This document shows, one piece after another, positions 13,265 through 25,026 of a stretch of 64,000 bases of DNA. This stretch comes from Octopus sinensis. Taxonomy: Eukaryota. Both the position numbers and the translations under genes were made by a program. Below the pieces are notes generated by a model, which was not told the origin of the DNA, did no database searches, and saw only the letters and a list, made by a program, of their open reading frames with translations. The first letter of the stretch is position 1; the number at the start of each line of letters is the position of its first letter. Location: NCBI RefSeq assembly GCF_006345805.1, contig NC_042999.1:167276001-167340000 (forward strand), read 5' to 3'.

Positions 13265-14155
13265 ATGGCAAAGGCAAAGAATTTCACTGTGTGGGAATTA
13301 ACACCTCCCAAAAAATATTTGCACGAACTCAAGGAAAAGACCGTGGTGTTGAGGACATATTCAAAGTCAGTCGACACCATAATGGTTTTTCCGAGAGACA
13401 CCATTGTGAACGAGCTGGCAGACTATATGCCAGCCGTTAAACATATTCAACGGGGAGTCAAATACGCAACGGTATGGTTGCTATTTGACTCCGCTGAAGC
13501 AGCTTGCAAATTTGCAAGCCAGCCCATTGAGGGCGATGAGATTCTGTTTCTCCCCAGTTACAAGGGGGCAAAATTGTTACGTTTATGGGTCTGTGGCCTG
13601 CCGCCCGGCTTTGAGCCCGAGTGGGTGGAAGATTCCATCCGCCGGGGTCTGAGCGGTGGTAGCGCCAAGATCCTGAATGTGAAAATGCAGCTTGCGGCTA
13701 ACTGGGAAGGGTCAAAGGCCACTTTGACTCTGTGGACCCAGTCGGCCAAGAGTCTGGTTTTGCCAGACTTCTTGAAGATGGCCGGGTCAAAGTATCCGGT
13801 GATGCTTGAGGGACGCGCCCCCAGGTGTCACCTGTGTTCGGAGACCGGCCACATCAAGAAGAGCTGCCCCAGGAACCAGAGTAGGATCCTGGAGCGGCTG
13901 ATATCAGAGCCTCTCCCTGCCCCACCAGTGGAGGGAGAGAAACAAAGTGAGGAGGGGGAAAAATCCTCCTCCAAAAGAAAGAGAAAGGTGGGGAGCAATG
14001 GCGACCCACCAAAGGACCCGAAAGCTCCGGGAGAGGAGAACCCGGCGCGCACAGCTCCGGAACCTCAGCCTCCCGTGGCCCAGGGCCAGAAGAAAAGAAA
14101 AAAAGAGAAACGGAGCCCCGCCGGCGGATTGCTACACGCAGACGGCGGTTCCTGA
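13265..14155 (+). CDS. L1/Tx1-type ORF1 (gag-like) nucleic-acid-binding protein, 296 aa
   Basis: RRM-like LWVCGLPP segment; LPDFLKMAGSKYPVMLEGRAPR followed by a CX2CX4HX4C knuckle (CHLCSETGHIKKSC); Lys/Pro-rich tail with basic NLS-like runs. Confidence 0.8.
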   Translation: MAKAKNFTVWELTPPKKYLHELKEKTVVLRTYSKSVDTIMVFPRDTIVNELADYMPAVKHIQRGVKYATVWLLFDSAEAACKFASQPIEGDEILFLPSYKGAKLLRLWVCGLPPGFEPEWVEDSIRRGLSGGSAKILNVKMQLAANWEGSKATLTLWTQSAKSLVLPDFLKMAGSKYPVMLEGRAPRCHLCSETGHIKKSCPRNQSRILERLISEPLPAPPVEGEKQSEEGEKSSSKRKRKVGSNGDPPKDPKAPGEENPARTAPEPQPPVAQGQKKRKKEKRSPAGGLLHADGGS

Positions 14156-14477
14156 GTATCTCCGGTCCTCTCAGGCGGGTGTGCCGCCTGAGGGACTATT
14201 TGTAGAAGATTTTGTGCTCCTCTTTTTCAAGGGAAAAAAGGTGGAAGACGCCGTGAGAAAAGTGAGAAAGAGAGGACATTGGGAGGTAATCCGGTCTTGT
14301 GTGGAAAACCCCGAGTGGCCTTCGCAGTTAGCTGCGGGGGTCGTGGGAAGGGTTGATCTACACGGGATCGTGAGTTCCTACCCGGCGGACTCTTTCCAGA
14401 CCATACCACTGGACTCCGGCCTGACCAGCGAGTATTGCCTCAATGAGGCAAGAGCAATGGTCGGCCGGGTCACTTAG
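13947..14477 (+). CDS. Overlapping +1-frame ORF, probably the frameshifted C-terminal domain of ORF1
   Basis: Open 176-codon frame whose last ~110 aa are complex sequence; the A-rich run near 14090-14110 is a plausible frameshift site. No EN or RT motif. Confidence 0.45.
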   Translation: MRRGKNPPPKERERWGAMATHQRTRKLRERRTRRAQLRNLSLPWPRARRKEKKRNGAPPADCYTQTAVPEYLRSSQAGVPPEGLFVEDFVLLFFKGKKVEDAVRKVRKRGHWEVIRSCVENPEWPSQLAAGVVGRVDLHGIVSSYPADSFQTIPLDSGLTSEYCLNEARAMVGRVT

Positions 14478-14768
14478 GCGATGTAACATCCTTGTAACAT
14501 ATGGAAGAGGAGGTTCATTGCCTCCTCTAAAATATGTAATGTGAATATTTTGTAATTTTTCGAAATTTTTTGAATTTTTTGAAATTTTTGAACTCTGTAA
14601 AATTATTGAAAAAAGAACATTGTTTTAGAGAAGCAAAAGTCGACGGGCGCTTTCGACTTCTCCCATCACCATCGTCATCCACCACTACCATCATCCATTA
14701 ATGTCTGTGTCCAGCCCGGAGCTACTGCTACCTCTGTGTGATGCCCTAGTGGCAAATTATTGAAATAA

Positions 14769-14908
14769 AGTAGCTTGCTAACCAACCACATGATTCCGGG
14801 TTCAGTCCCACTGCGTAGCATCTTAGGCAAGTGTCTTCTGCTATAGCCCCGGGCGGACCAATACCTTGTGAGTGGATTTGGTAGACGGAAACTGAAAGAA
14901 GCCTGTCG

Positions 14909-14943
<35 letters not shown>

Positions 14944-15145
14944 TTGTGTTTGTGTGTCTGTGTTTGCTCCCCTAGCATTGCTTGACAACCGATGCTGGTG
15001 TGTTTACGTCCCCGTCACTTAGCGGTTCGGCAAAAGAGACTGATAGAATAAGTACTGGGCTTACAAAGAATAAGTCCCGGGGTCGATTTGCTCGACTAAA
15101 GGCGGTGCTCCAGCATGGCCGCAGTCAAATGACTGAAACAAGTAA
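14769..15145 (+). mobile_element. SINE family B, 3' part
   Basis: B box GGTTCAGTCCC, body and tail match 35965-36430. Confidence 0.9.
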
Positions 15146-15612
15146 AAGAGTATATATATCTACATATAAGTGGGATGACCTCTAAGTGGACAGCCATTAT
15201 GCTAGAAGTCGACCCTCTATGGTATTACCACTAAGAAAGGAGTTTTCTCAAGAAAATTTAGCAAACGTCAGTTGCGGACATCTACGTAAGTGATTACGTA
15301 AGTGGTAACAACGAAACTAGTTTGTGATTAATCTGTATATTTTGTATCTTTTCATTTGTCTTGCTCGCTTACGTTTTGGCGTTTGCTAAATTTTCTTGAG
15401 AACATTCCTTTCTTAGTGGTAAGACCATAGTGGGTCGACTTCTAGCATAATGGATGTCCACTTAGAGGTCATCCCACTTATATGTAGATATATATACTCT
15501 TTTACTTGTTTCAGTCATTTGACTGCGGCCATGCTGGAGCACCGCCTTTAGTCGAGCAAATCGACCCCGGGACTTATTCTTTGTAAGCCCAGTACTTATT
15601 CTATCGGTCTCT

Positions 15613-15613
<1 letters not shown>
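15034..15613. repeat. Long inverted duplication (arms 15034-15267 and 15380-15613, 112-bp spacer)
   Basis: Arms are near-perfect reverse complements. Each has ~110 bp of SINE B tail plus ~120 bp of the family that forms the palindrome at 35746-35895. Confidence 0.9.
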
Positions 15614-15703
<90 letters not shown>

Positions 15704-16072
15704 GCATATATGGGCAAAGGATGCCACAGAGTATAAATAACATGAAATACGAAAACATGGAATACGAACTTCTTGCGAACAACGAGAGAAACAGATGGGA
15801 AAACAAGACAACCAACATAAAGAAACGACCCTTCATCAGTTGTTGGCTGTTTTTCTACTTCGTATTTCAAGCAATTCACGACACGATACATTTTCAACAA
15901 AACAGTTGCTCCTGCAAAGCAAATTAAATTTAAAAAAGGGATTTTGCGGAGGGCCAGAGTTGATAACAAAAACACAACAGTGAAACCAAACAGGAAGGGT
16001 TGTTAAACCTGAACGAGGCAAGTTGGTGATCGTGGAGGAACAAGCTCTGACAGAAGACAGACAAGAGTGCGT

Positions 16073-16115
<43 letters not shown>

Positions 16116-16191
16116 TGATTTTTCGACGATACACATAAATTAAGTATGTTACATACACAAAAAGCAACTTCTATTGGATATTTCGATACAC

Positions 16192-16231
<40 letters not shown>

Positions 16232-16419
16232 ATACATACAGAGAGACAGAGAGAGAAAGAAAGAGAGAAAGGTTGGTAGATAGGTAGGTAGGTATTTGGG
16301 TAAGTATGTAGAAAAGTAGGTAGGTAGTCAGAAGGGTTGGTAGGTAGGTAGATAGAGATAGATAGACAGAGAGACATTCAGGTAGCTAGCTAGATACATA
16401 GATAAATAGACAGACAGAC

Positions 16420-16422
16420 AGC

Positions 16423-16494
<72 letters not shown>

Positions 16495-16495
16495 A
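16420..16495. repeat. (GATA)n microsatellite
   Basis: Direct reading. Confidence 0.95.
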
Positions 16496-17227
16496 TGTGA
16501 GAAAAGGACATCATATTTAGAATAGATATGGAAAAGTATAGATATCATACAGCGAATGCTGCGAGTTTTCATGAAATAAAATAAAGGAAAGCTGATTTTA
16601 CACAAATTAATTTTAAATCCAATTCCTTAGGGAATGGTGTGATATATCAGTCAAAAAACAAGAAACATTACTATTTTCTGATTAATATATGACAAAATAC
16701 TCCTGGTGATTTAGGGAAACATAGCTATTAAATAATTAAAATTAAAATTTATTAATTAGGTATCTCAATTACGTAACTATGAAAGTATAAATGCTGATCT
16801 TAATGAACACAATCAAAGTATGTCCTATGTTTGAAATTCACAGTTTTCTACTTTTAATCTAAATATAACACTCTACAAAATTATTATATACATGCAAGTC
16901 TGCCAGACATGTATCTATTGCAATGTGTTGAAGATTAACCACCTGTTATGAATTGAGCTCATGATCATTATTTTTTTTTCTTGTTTACCTACCTACTTAC
17001 CTATATACATTACATATATATTGAACATATTTTTTAAAGACCCCGTGTCGAGCAGTAGTGGGATCGTGCCCCTAGAATAGTCGTCGGCTGACAGCCTGTT
17101 CGCTATAATTGAACTCCAACCTTTAAAAGAGAAACAGCGGTGGTGCCCCAGCATGACCGCAGCCTTCGGGCTAAAACATTTTTAAGGATTTAAGGATAAT
17201 ATATATAAATATATGTGCGTGTATAAA

Positions 17228-17289
<62 letters not shown>

Positions 17290-17300
17290 ATATATATCTA

Positions 17301-17336
<36 letters not shown>

Positions 17337-17394
17337 ATATATATATATATCCTTAAATCCTTAAATTCTTTAAAATGTTCTAGCCCGAAGGCTG

Positions 17395-18035
17395 CAGCCA
17401 TGCAGTGGCGCCCCGACTTGCAGTTGGGGTAACTTTGAATGCCAAAGTTTGGGACAAGACCCTCCAGGATTTTCCAGATGTATATCACCGCATATCTCTC
17501 CCGCCTTCGCTCTAGGGAGAAGATTTTTAATACGTGCAGTCTTTCCCAGTAGCTGATATGTTGCATTAAGACGATCTTCTTAGTGTAGCTTCTTTGAATT
17601 GCTTCGAGTTTTGCTGTTAACTTTATATTGTGTGGTGACCACAGTTGGGAGCAGTAGTCCAAGCGGCTGAGGACGAAAGTTTTCCACATGACCATCAGTA
17701 TCTCCTTCTCTCTTGTTCAGAAAGTTCGGAGAATCCATCCAGCTAGCCGTCTGCATTTTATTACCAAATTAGTAATATGCACTTGGAAAGATGCATCATT
17801 GCTCATGTCAATACCCAGGTAACTGATTTTGACTCAGGAATTACAATTCTTCTCGGGCCAGTGTATCCAGTCTGCATGTCGTTTACCTTTGTGTGCCGGT
17901 AGCGCAGGGCCTGGAACTTCCCTGCATTAAACTGCATGTTGTTGTCCTCAGCCCACCTGTATATTGTATCCAACTCCTGTTGCAGATGTGCAATATTTCC
18001 AGGGTTTTGTATTGTGTGGGAGACTTTTGTGTCAT
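17395..18035 (-). mobile_element. 5'-truncated CR1/L2-type LINE, RT C-terminal fragment
   Basis: DTKV...LQQELDTIYRWAEDNNMQFNAGKFQAL, LGI, LSRLDYCSQLWSP, LEAIQR, YWERL...LERRRER; truncated right at the ADDTK motif. Confidence 0.85.
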
Positions 18036-18467
18036 ATATAATATCTATACACATATGCATACATATATGTACGTGTGCGTGTGTGTGTATGTGTGTGTAC
18101 GTATATGGAATAGGAATTATTGATCGAAGACATATTCGACATCTCATATGAAAAATATTCATAGAAATATATCTTACAAGAAAAACCTAAGAATACATCA
18201 AAACTTAAAGTTGGGTGTTATTTTTTAGATTATTATTGTTTTTTTTGGATAAAATATATTTTCAAATTATTTTTATGTTATCTGTATTTTCCTTATAAAC
18301 AATATTTTAAACACTAATTTTGAAAGGATAAGAACAAATATTTTGAAATTGAGTATATTTTGAGTTAATATTTTATATGGTTCAAAAGTACAGAAAACAA
18401 AAGACAAGGACAGGCGAAGGAACAACAAACAGCGGTGTTAGTTAAACGTTCGAGAAAAATGGAAAAG

Positions 18468-18505
18468 TCTTTGACGTTTCGAGCTTACGCTCTTCGACAG
18501 AAAGA
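18468..18505 (-). ncRNA. Minimal type I hammerhead-like motif with variant core CUGUCGA
   Basis: Minus strand TCTTT-CTGTCGA-A-GAGC-GTAA-GCTC-GAAA-CGTC-AAAGA: 5-bp helix I, 4-bp helix II with a GNRA loop, palindromic ACGT helix III. Confidence 0.5.
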
Positions 18506-20527
18506 GACGAGAGGGAGAAAAATGAAGAGAGAGAGAGAGAGAGAAAACGGAAAGAGAAAAAATGTGTCGGGATTAATAGTTTAATATGATGAAATGACCG
18601 GAAGAAAGAGGCCGAGTGAAGGGGAGATAATAGTGATGTGGCTGAACTGGGGTGTGCAAGCGCGTGTGTGCATGTCAGAACGTTGTGTGTGAGTGTGTGT
18701 ATATATTTTATATGTATGCCGGCGTATATTTTTCACGTATAGGATCTAACGCAATAAACATTTGAGTGGTCGAACTTCTTTAACAGTAATTGCAATAATG
18801 ATGATTCCTAACACACGCAGGGCTGCTTTTAAGCCAATTACACAGATTTGTTAAAATTGGATGCTGCGCCTCAAGCCCTCAACGCTTTTTGGCTGGGACT
18901 GACATACTACCTGAAGCATAAAACATCAATCTTTGGGTTTTGCAGAGTAGAGGGTCCTACTGACGATTCTCTAATTGAGCCTCGCACTTCCTAGCGCCTG
19001 TTCTGAACAACCTTTATAGATTAACTCAACCTAAGAATTTAACACTTATTGTTAACGATTTATTAAGAATGACAGGCAGTGTTGATTGTGGTAGGATTTG
19101 ATAACAAAGCCTTGTGAGTGAAGTTGGTAGACGGAAATTGAAAGGACACTAAGACATTTTTAAAGGACACTAAGACAATATGAAAGTTGATTAAAAATCG
19201 ATATACCATTGTTTAATTTTTATATTTCGAGGATATTCTTGTCATTTTGGAAATAAAATTGCAGCAGTAAAATATGTGCATTACTGTTGTTTAACCCCAA
19301 GTCAGCCCTGATCAAGCATACTAATGATTAAAGATATTCTAGCCGTACCTATCTGGCATTTGCTTGTATGGAGAGGAGCCAAAATCTCATTATCTAGTAT
19401 GTACATTTCTAGAGCCGCAGAATGAGATTTAAAAGAAATATTGCTGCGCTTTCTAGCTATTTAAGTGACGTTTATTAGACTTCCTAATTGGCTCGACGAT
19501 AGTTTTTATCTACTGAGGGTTTAAATGCATTTTCTTCTTTATTCGCAACTCTTGAGAAGTGATATCCTGTCCGTCGTTCTTTGACTGTCGATATTTTCTC
19601 CGAGTATTAGTCAAACTGTTTCTTTTGAAGTAAATGTCTTTATAGCCCATTTTTCATAGCTCATAACCTTGAGCTGAATAATACGGCTTTCATTTCTATT
19701 GGCAGTTGTCAATAGTCTGGTATTGATTTGACGCGTGTTTAGTTAATTGTATGCGTATGCCGGCCAATACGAACTTTTGTTAAACATTTAATTATTTTGA
19801 GGTAAAGATCAATTAATTTCACAGTTATTACTTACCGTTATACTGCAACATTTTTGCCATTATTCTCCATTAGATTCGTGACGATTAAACGGTGGTGCCT
19901 TATGTTAAACTACCCACTGTGTTCTGCGTGTTTCATTAGTTTGTTTACACGTGGTTCTTGAACACCAGCTAATACGAACATTAATTATACGCGGTAAAGA
20001 TTAATGTTACACATTATCCTTCAACATTTCCGTCATTTGTTTTTTTTGTTTGTTTTTTATTCAATTTGATTGGTTATTATTAAATGGTGTAACTGGATAT
20101 TTATCATCGCAGTCAAGTAATGTTATCGCGTGTTAAAGGTTTCCGCTTACTTTCTTTGGCAGAATCGTGAGAGCATCAGACGGGAATTCCTTGCAGTATT
20201 ATTTTTATGCCCTTTACTTTCTGAATTAAAATCACGCCGAAATTAGCTTCGTCATTCTTCCGGGTTCAATAAAAAAACGTACCAGTCGTGTTAATCATAA
20301 GGGAGGTGGAGATTAACCGAGTTATTAGGGACGTTGGGCAAACTGTATTTCGTTATTTCTTTTGGCACTTTAGTTCTAGAACAAATCATGATGAAATTAA
20401 CCTAGCTGTATCCTTTTGGAGTCGATAAGATAAAATATCAGTAAAGTACTTGTGATGGTGGAATCAGCTAAATCCGTCCTGCACATTTCAGGCCTCATAC
20501 CTATGCTATAATAATAATAATAATAAT

Positions 20528-20681
20528 AAGAAAATTGCACTACTGGGCACTGCACACATCCTACGCAAAACACTTTCAATACAGTAATCAGAAGAGCATC
20601 ACAGCAAACCACAGCACATACCTAAGGCACACAGAGCTGCGCTCGGTAATGAAGTGAAAGCATATTATAAGAATAAAACTA

Positions 20682-20688
<7 letters not shown>
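20528..20688 (+). mobile_element. 3' end of a Dong/R4-type RLE retrotransposon within (AAT)n
   Basis: KIALLGTAHILRKTLSIQ* plus a 3' UTR shared with 49865-49997 and 27985-28067; flanked by (AAT)n. Confidence 0.75.
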
Positions 20689-20731
<43 letters not shown>

Positions 20732-20751
20732 TAATAATAATAATAATAATA

Positions 20752-21305
20752 GTCCTTATGCGGTACCAGTCATTGGCTCTCATGACTTCTGATCTTAACT
20801 GACTGGAAGTGTTATATACATGTTTTGTCTTGGTATAAAAGATGGGCCATAGCAAATATACTACTCATTACCACAGATCTGCTTGTCAGTTGTTTCATCT
20901 TAAACCAGTTGAGAATGACCTTCGGTGACTGACGACATGCGCATCTCTAATCACGAGCAGAAGTAGTGGGGGGAGCATCATAGCCGTGTGTTGAGAGGGA
21001 TTCTTTGGGGTTTGAATAATCCACCTCTGGAAACAATGAATGTTTTGTTCAACATCCTTAAAGAACTCTTATTCAAGGACCATTTGAGCGGGATGGGCTA
21101 CTCGACCTGAAGAAAATTCTAACTGGGCCCCACCTGGAAGGTCATGCGCTGTTTATCTTGATATGAGATCACCATGTCGCACACATATGGTTGTGATGCA
21201 TGTGCCTGGTGTACCTTTATGAGACGGGTAGTAATGATGGGTATACTAGGCTTCGTATATTTTACTCCAGTGTCACTTTGAGGGCATGCGCTGCTCTCTC
21301 ACTCA
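20752..21305. repeat. Unclassified ~550-bp non-coding dispersed repeat next to (AAT)n
   Basis: 20970-21100 is the reverse complement of 22630-22758; both copies lie beside (AAT)n tracts. Confidence 0.7.
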
Positions 21306-21330
21306 ATAGAAAAAAACAAAGATGATATAG

Positions 21331-21710
21331 GCGCACGTCAGAAAAAGTCACAGAAAATGAGCAGGTAATCATACCATGGGATATGCCAATACACACAGAG
21401 AAATCTAGGCTAGAAGGCCGGATATAGTTGTCAGAAATCAACAAGAAAAATGCTTTCTAATCGATGATACCAAGAGATGACAATATTTTTCTAAAATAAA
21501 CGGAGACACTTTCAAAATACAAAGATTTAGAAATAGGGGTAACTCGAATGTGGAGTCTAAAAACAGAAACAATTCCAATCATAGTAGGCGCATTAGGTAT
21601 GATAAAAAAAGCGTTCAAATACATAACAAAAACAACAGTACTTACAAGTATTTATAACATACAGAATATAGCAGTACTAGGTACCGCAGACATCCTACGT
21701 AAAACAACCT
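21331..21710 (+). mobile_element. Dong/R4-type retrotransposon fragment encoding the restriction-like endonuclease
   Basis: ARRPDIVV...CFLID...LSKYKDLEIGVTRMWSLKTETIPIIVGALG...IQNIAVLGTADILRK (PD-(D/E)xK signature); followed by (AAT)n. Confidence 0.85.
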
Positions 21711-21777
21711 CGGCGGCATTTGAACTTGGAATAATAACGGAATAAGAATAACAACAACAACAATAATAATAATAATG

Positions 21778-21875
<98 letters not shown>

Positions 21876-22006
21876 CTGTTTTTGCGCAGACAGTATATGT
21901 GATCTGTTGTGGCATTATGACCACCCGACGCCAGATGACTGCCCCTGATGCGGGCGCTTTCGTATGTACAGGGCGGGAATACATAAGACGTTAAGGATAA
22001 CACTTG

Positions 22007-22059
<53 letters not shown>

Positions 22060-22061
<2 letters not shown>

Positions 22062-22440
22062 GGCTTGAAATTTTGCCACAAGGGCAGCAGTTTTAAGGAA
22101 GGGGTTAAGTCGATTACAACTGATACTTATTTGATCATCCCTGAAAGGATGAAAGGCAAAGTCGACCCCGATGGAATTTGAACTCAGAACGTAGCGGAAG
22201 ACGAAATACCTATTTATTTACTACCCACAAGGGGCTAAATACAGGGAACAAACAGGGACAGACAAACGGATTAAGTCGATTATATCGACCCCAGTGCGTA
22301 ACTGGTACTTATTTAATCGACCCCGAAAGGATGAAAGGCAAAGTAGACCTCGGCGGAATTTGAACTCAGAACATAAAGACAGACGAAATACCGCTAGGCA
22401 TTTCGCCCGGTGTGCTAACGATTCTGCCAGCTCGCCGCCT
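22060..22440 (-). mobile_element. Two adjacent SINE family A copies (one partial, one full)
   Basis: Reverse complement of the family A head ends at 22440; (AAT)n/(TAT)n on both sides. Confidence 0.85.
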
Positions 22441-22453
22441 TAATAATAACAAC

Positions 22454-22487
<34 letters not shown>

Positions 22488-22513
22488 TAATAATAATAAT
22501 AATAATAATAATG

Positions 22514-22544
<31 letters not shown>

Positions 22545-22561
22545 TGATGATGATGATAATG

Positions 22562-22604
<43 letters not shown>

Positions 22605-22629
22605 TGATGATGATGATGATGATAATTAG

Positions 22630-22758
22630 CCCACCCCGCTCAAAAGGTCCCTGAATAAGGGTTGTTTAAGGATGTTGAAAGAACCACCCGTGTTTCCAGA
22701 GGTGAATTATTCAAACCCCAAAGAATCCCTCTCAACACATGGCTATGATGCTCCCCCA
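22630..22758. repeat. Partial inverted copy of the 20752-21305 repeat
   Basis: CCAAAGAATCCCTCTCAACAC.GGCTATGATGCTCCCCCAC is the reverse complement of the 20970-21010 region. Confidence 0.8.
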
Positions 22759-22759
22759 C

Positions 22760-22814
<55 letters not shown>

Positions 22815-23349
22815 TAATTCAAACCGACTTCTTAAATAACAAGAAATCACCTCACTCTTAATATGCTGTTCAGTATGTTTGAATTTGCTTCACTCCTTAT
22901 ATCCACCATATTCAACTTTGTGAAGTAATTGATCGGGTTAATTCTAATCAACATCTAAATAGTGTGAGTTTCAAAGGAATAATGATATACTAATTAATTA
23001 CTTGGCGTATTTACTAATTAACGAAAAAAGTGTGAATTGCCAGAATCAGCAGAGCGTCGGACTAAATGCCTCAAATCTCACAGATGCCAAGTTTGCATTT
23101 CATCCTTCCAAAGTCGATGAAATATAAGAACAATGGTCAATTGAATGAATTAATCCCTCCTCAAAAATCCGTTGGAGCATCGAACAAAATAACCTGTGGT
23201 ATTTAATCATGGCTCATTACATTCTGAATTCAGATCCCACCGAGGTTACATTTGCCTTTCATCCTTCGAGAGTAAAATAGAATCAATAAAATAAAACACT
23301 ATTCAAGTATTGAGGTAGATACTATACACCCCCACCTTAATTATCAAGG

Positions 23350-24400
23350 AAATCAGTTAGAACACACACGGAATGTTCTCCCGAGAAATCATCTTGGATT
23401 GCAATTTTTTCATCGTGCTTTTTAATAGTTTCTCTGTTAAAACCAAATACATACATAGTCCATATATCTGAAAATCTTTTTAATTTCTTCCAACTTTTCT
23501 CAAATAATGTTAATTTCTGAAGGATATTAATCAAACAAATTCTTTAAATATGTATCTCCTTCCTTTAATGTCGTCATCCAGGCTACACTACACCCCGAAA
23601 TATCCTTATACGTGATCTCAGTTGCTCTTTATATGAAGATTTTAGATCTTTCTGACTTCGGTTCATATCATAATACAAACATTTCAGGTTCGGAAATAGC
23701 GCAGTTTCCTGCTTTTTAACCACATATATGTGCTCTGCTCTCCAAGTCTCTTCTTCACCCATATTATCGTCTGTCCATTTGCTACTCAAGACACATGTAA
23801 CTTATTTCTTACTTCAAGCATGGAACATAATTCAATACATTTTTTATGACCGCTACCAACCTTCCTTCATTCTTTTCCTCAAGATAACCAAGTATATCAA
23901 AGTTTTGTCTTCGAATTCTCTACTGGTTCAAATCTCCCATATAGTGAAGTATTAAACAATATTATCTAACCTACCCCTGACAAGACATTTGCTTCGCGAA
24001 ATGGGGAACTGAAACCTTAAAAAAAATATCGAGGTTCATCTCTGACTATCCTTAAAGTTTCGTATAGTGCAAGAAAACACTATTATTAAGACTCTGAAGT
24101 TGTCTCCTACAAATGTTAAATAAGTATTTGTTATCATCCAAAATTTTGGGGAGAATATTATTATATTTTCCCGATCCCATTCCACAAAAAGTTACACCAA
24201 CTATTTAACAGCAGTTTTCGGTTTTCAAAACGCACATTTTTATTAATATTTTACTGAAATTTTCTCTAGTTCCAGCAAATACTTCTTTCAACTAAGCTAA
24301 ATATCTCCCAGCTCTCCCTTATTAATCAATTTATGGGGCAGTCTTAATTTCCGCAATCCCTAACTTTGAACTGAAAGATTGACAACTTCAAAAGCATTCT
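23350..24400 (-). mobile_element. Possible heavily decayed LINE ORF2 (APE endonuclease region)
   Basis: Weak remnants only on the minus strand (VNLSVQ, FVGDNF, SGH resembling NVxG, GDFN, SDH); many stops. Confidence 0.3.
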
Positions 24401-24954
24401 TAGTCGGTATTCATAAAAACAGTGGGTCTATATCATCCTTCTGTTATACAGTGTTACAGCTGCCAACAACAGAAAACTTAACCAGCTGTACAATCTTTGT
24501 ATACAGCTAAGTGGTCTAGGATATCTGACGGTGCAATATTTAGCTGTGGACACAGTATATCATCGCTGATAGAATACTAAGCATAAATATTTCAGAGCCA
24601 GTGTGAGTAGGGCTGTCATAATGGCATTACAGGTCTGGAAACGGAATAATTTGCTATTGGGGCCCCTAGACAAGAGCCACCAGACCCATTTGGCTCCCGG
24701 GTAACTTCCCAGTGTGTCCATGCCTTAAGATGGAGGCAGCAATGAGCAAGGGAACATTTTCCTGGTCGTTCCACTACTTAAGAATAACAAGCAAATCGCT
24801 TTCATATCACAGCCTATGATCTTAAAAACAAATGAAACCTAGATAATATTGTAGTTACACAAACACTCACACACACACACAGACACACAATCTTACGCAT
24901 ACACACACATACATATGACATATATATATATAATGTATAATATATATACACGCT

Positions 24955-25026
<72 letters not shown>

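Larger units (their letters stand above)
12572..14768 (+). mobile_element. ORF1-only non-LTR retroelement (HAL1-like), about 2.2 kb, inserted in a SINE
   Basis: TSD of about 15-16 bp: AGTAGCTT-CTTACCA (12557-12571) and AGTAGCTTGCTAACCA (14769-14784). Tandem 5' monomers, ORF1-type coding region, 3' stem-loop and terminal AATAAA; no EN or RT motifs. Confidence 0.8.

Noticed and set aside
13265-14155. LTR-retrotransposon gag or domesticated host zinc-knuckle gene
   Set aside because: No LTRs, PBS or pol; the ~15-bp TSD, monomers and the motif before the knuckle fit a non-LTR ORF1.
15268-15379. Hammerhead in the spacer of the 15-kb inverted duplication (GAAAC-TA-GT)
   Set aside because: The palindromic ACTAGT is present but there is no recognisable CUGANGA core.
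24617-24745. Decayed GGGCC-type hAT-like MITE
   Set aside because: Ends are too degenerate to define TIRs or an 8-bp TSD.
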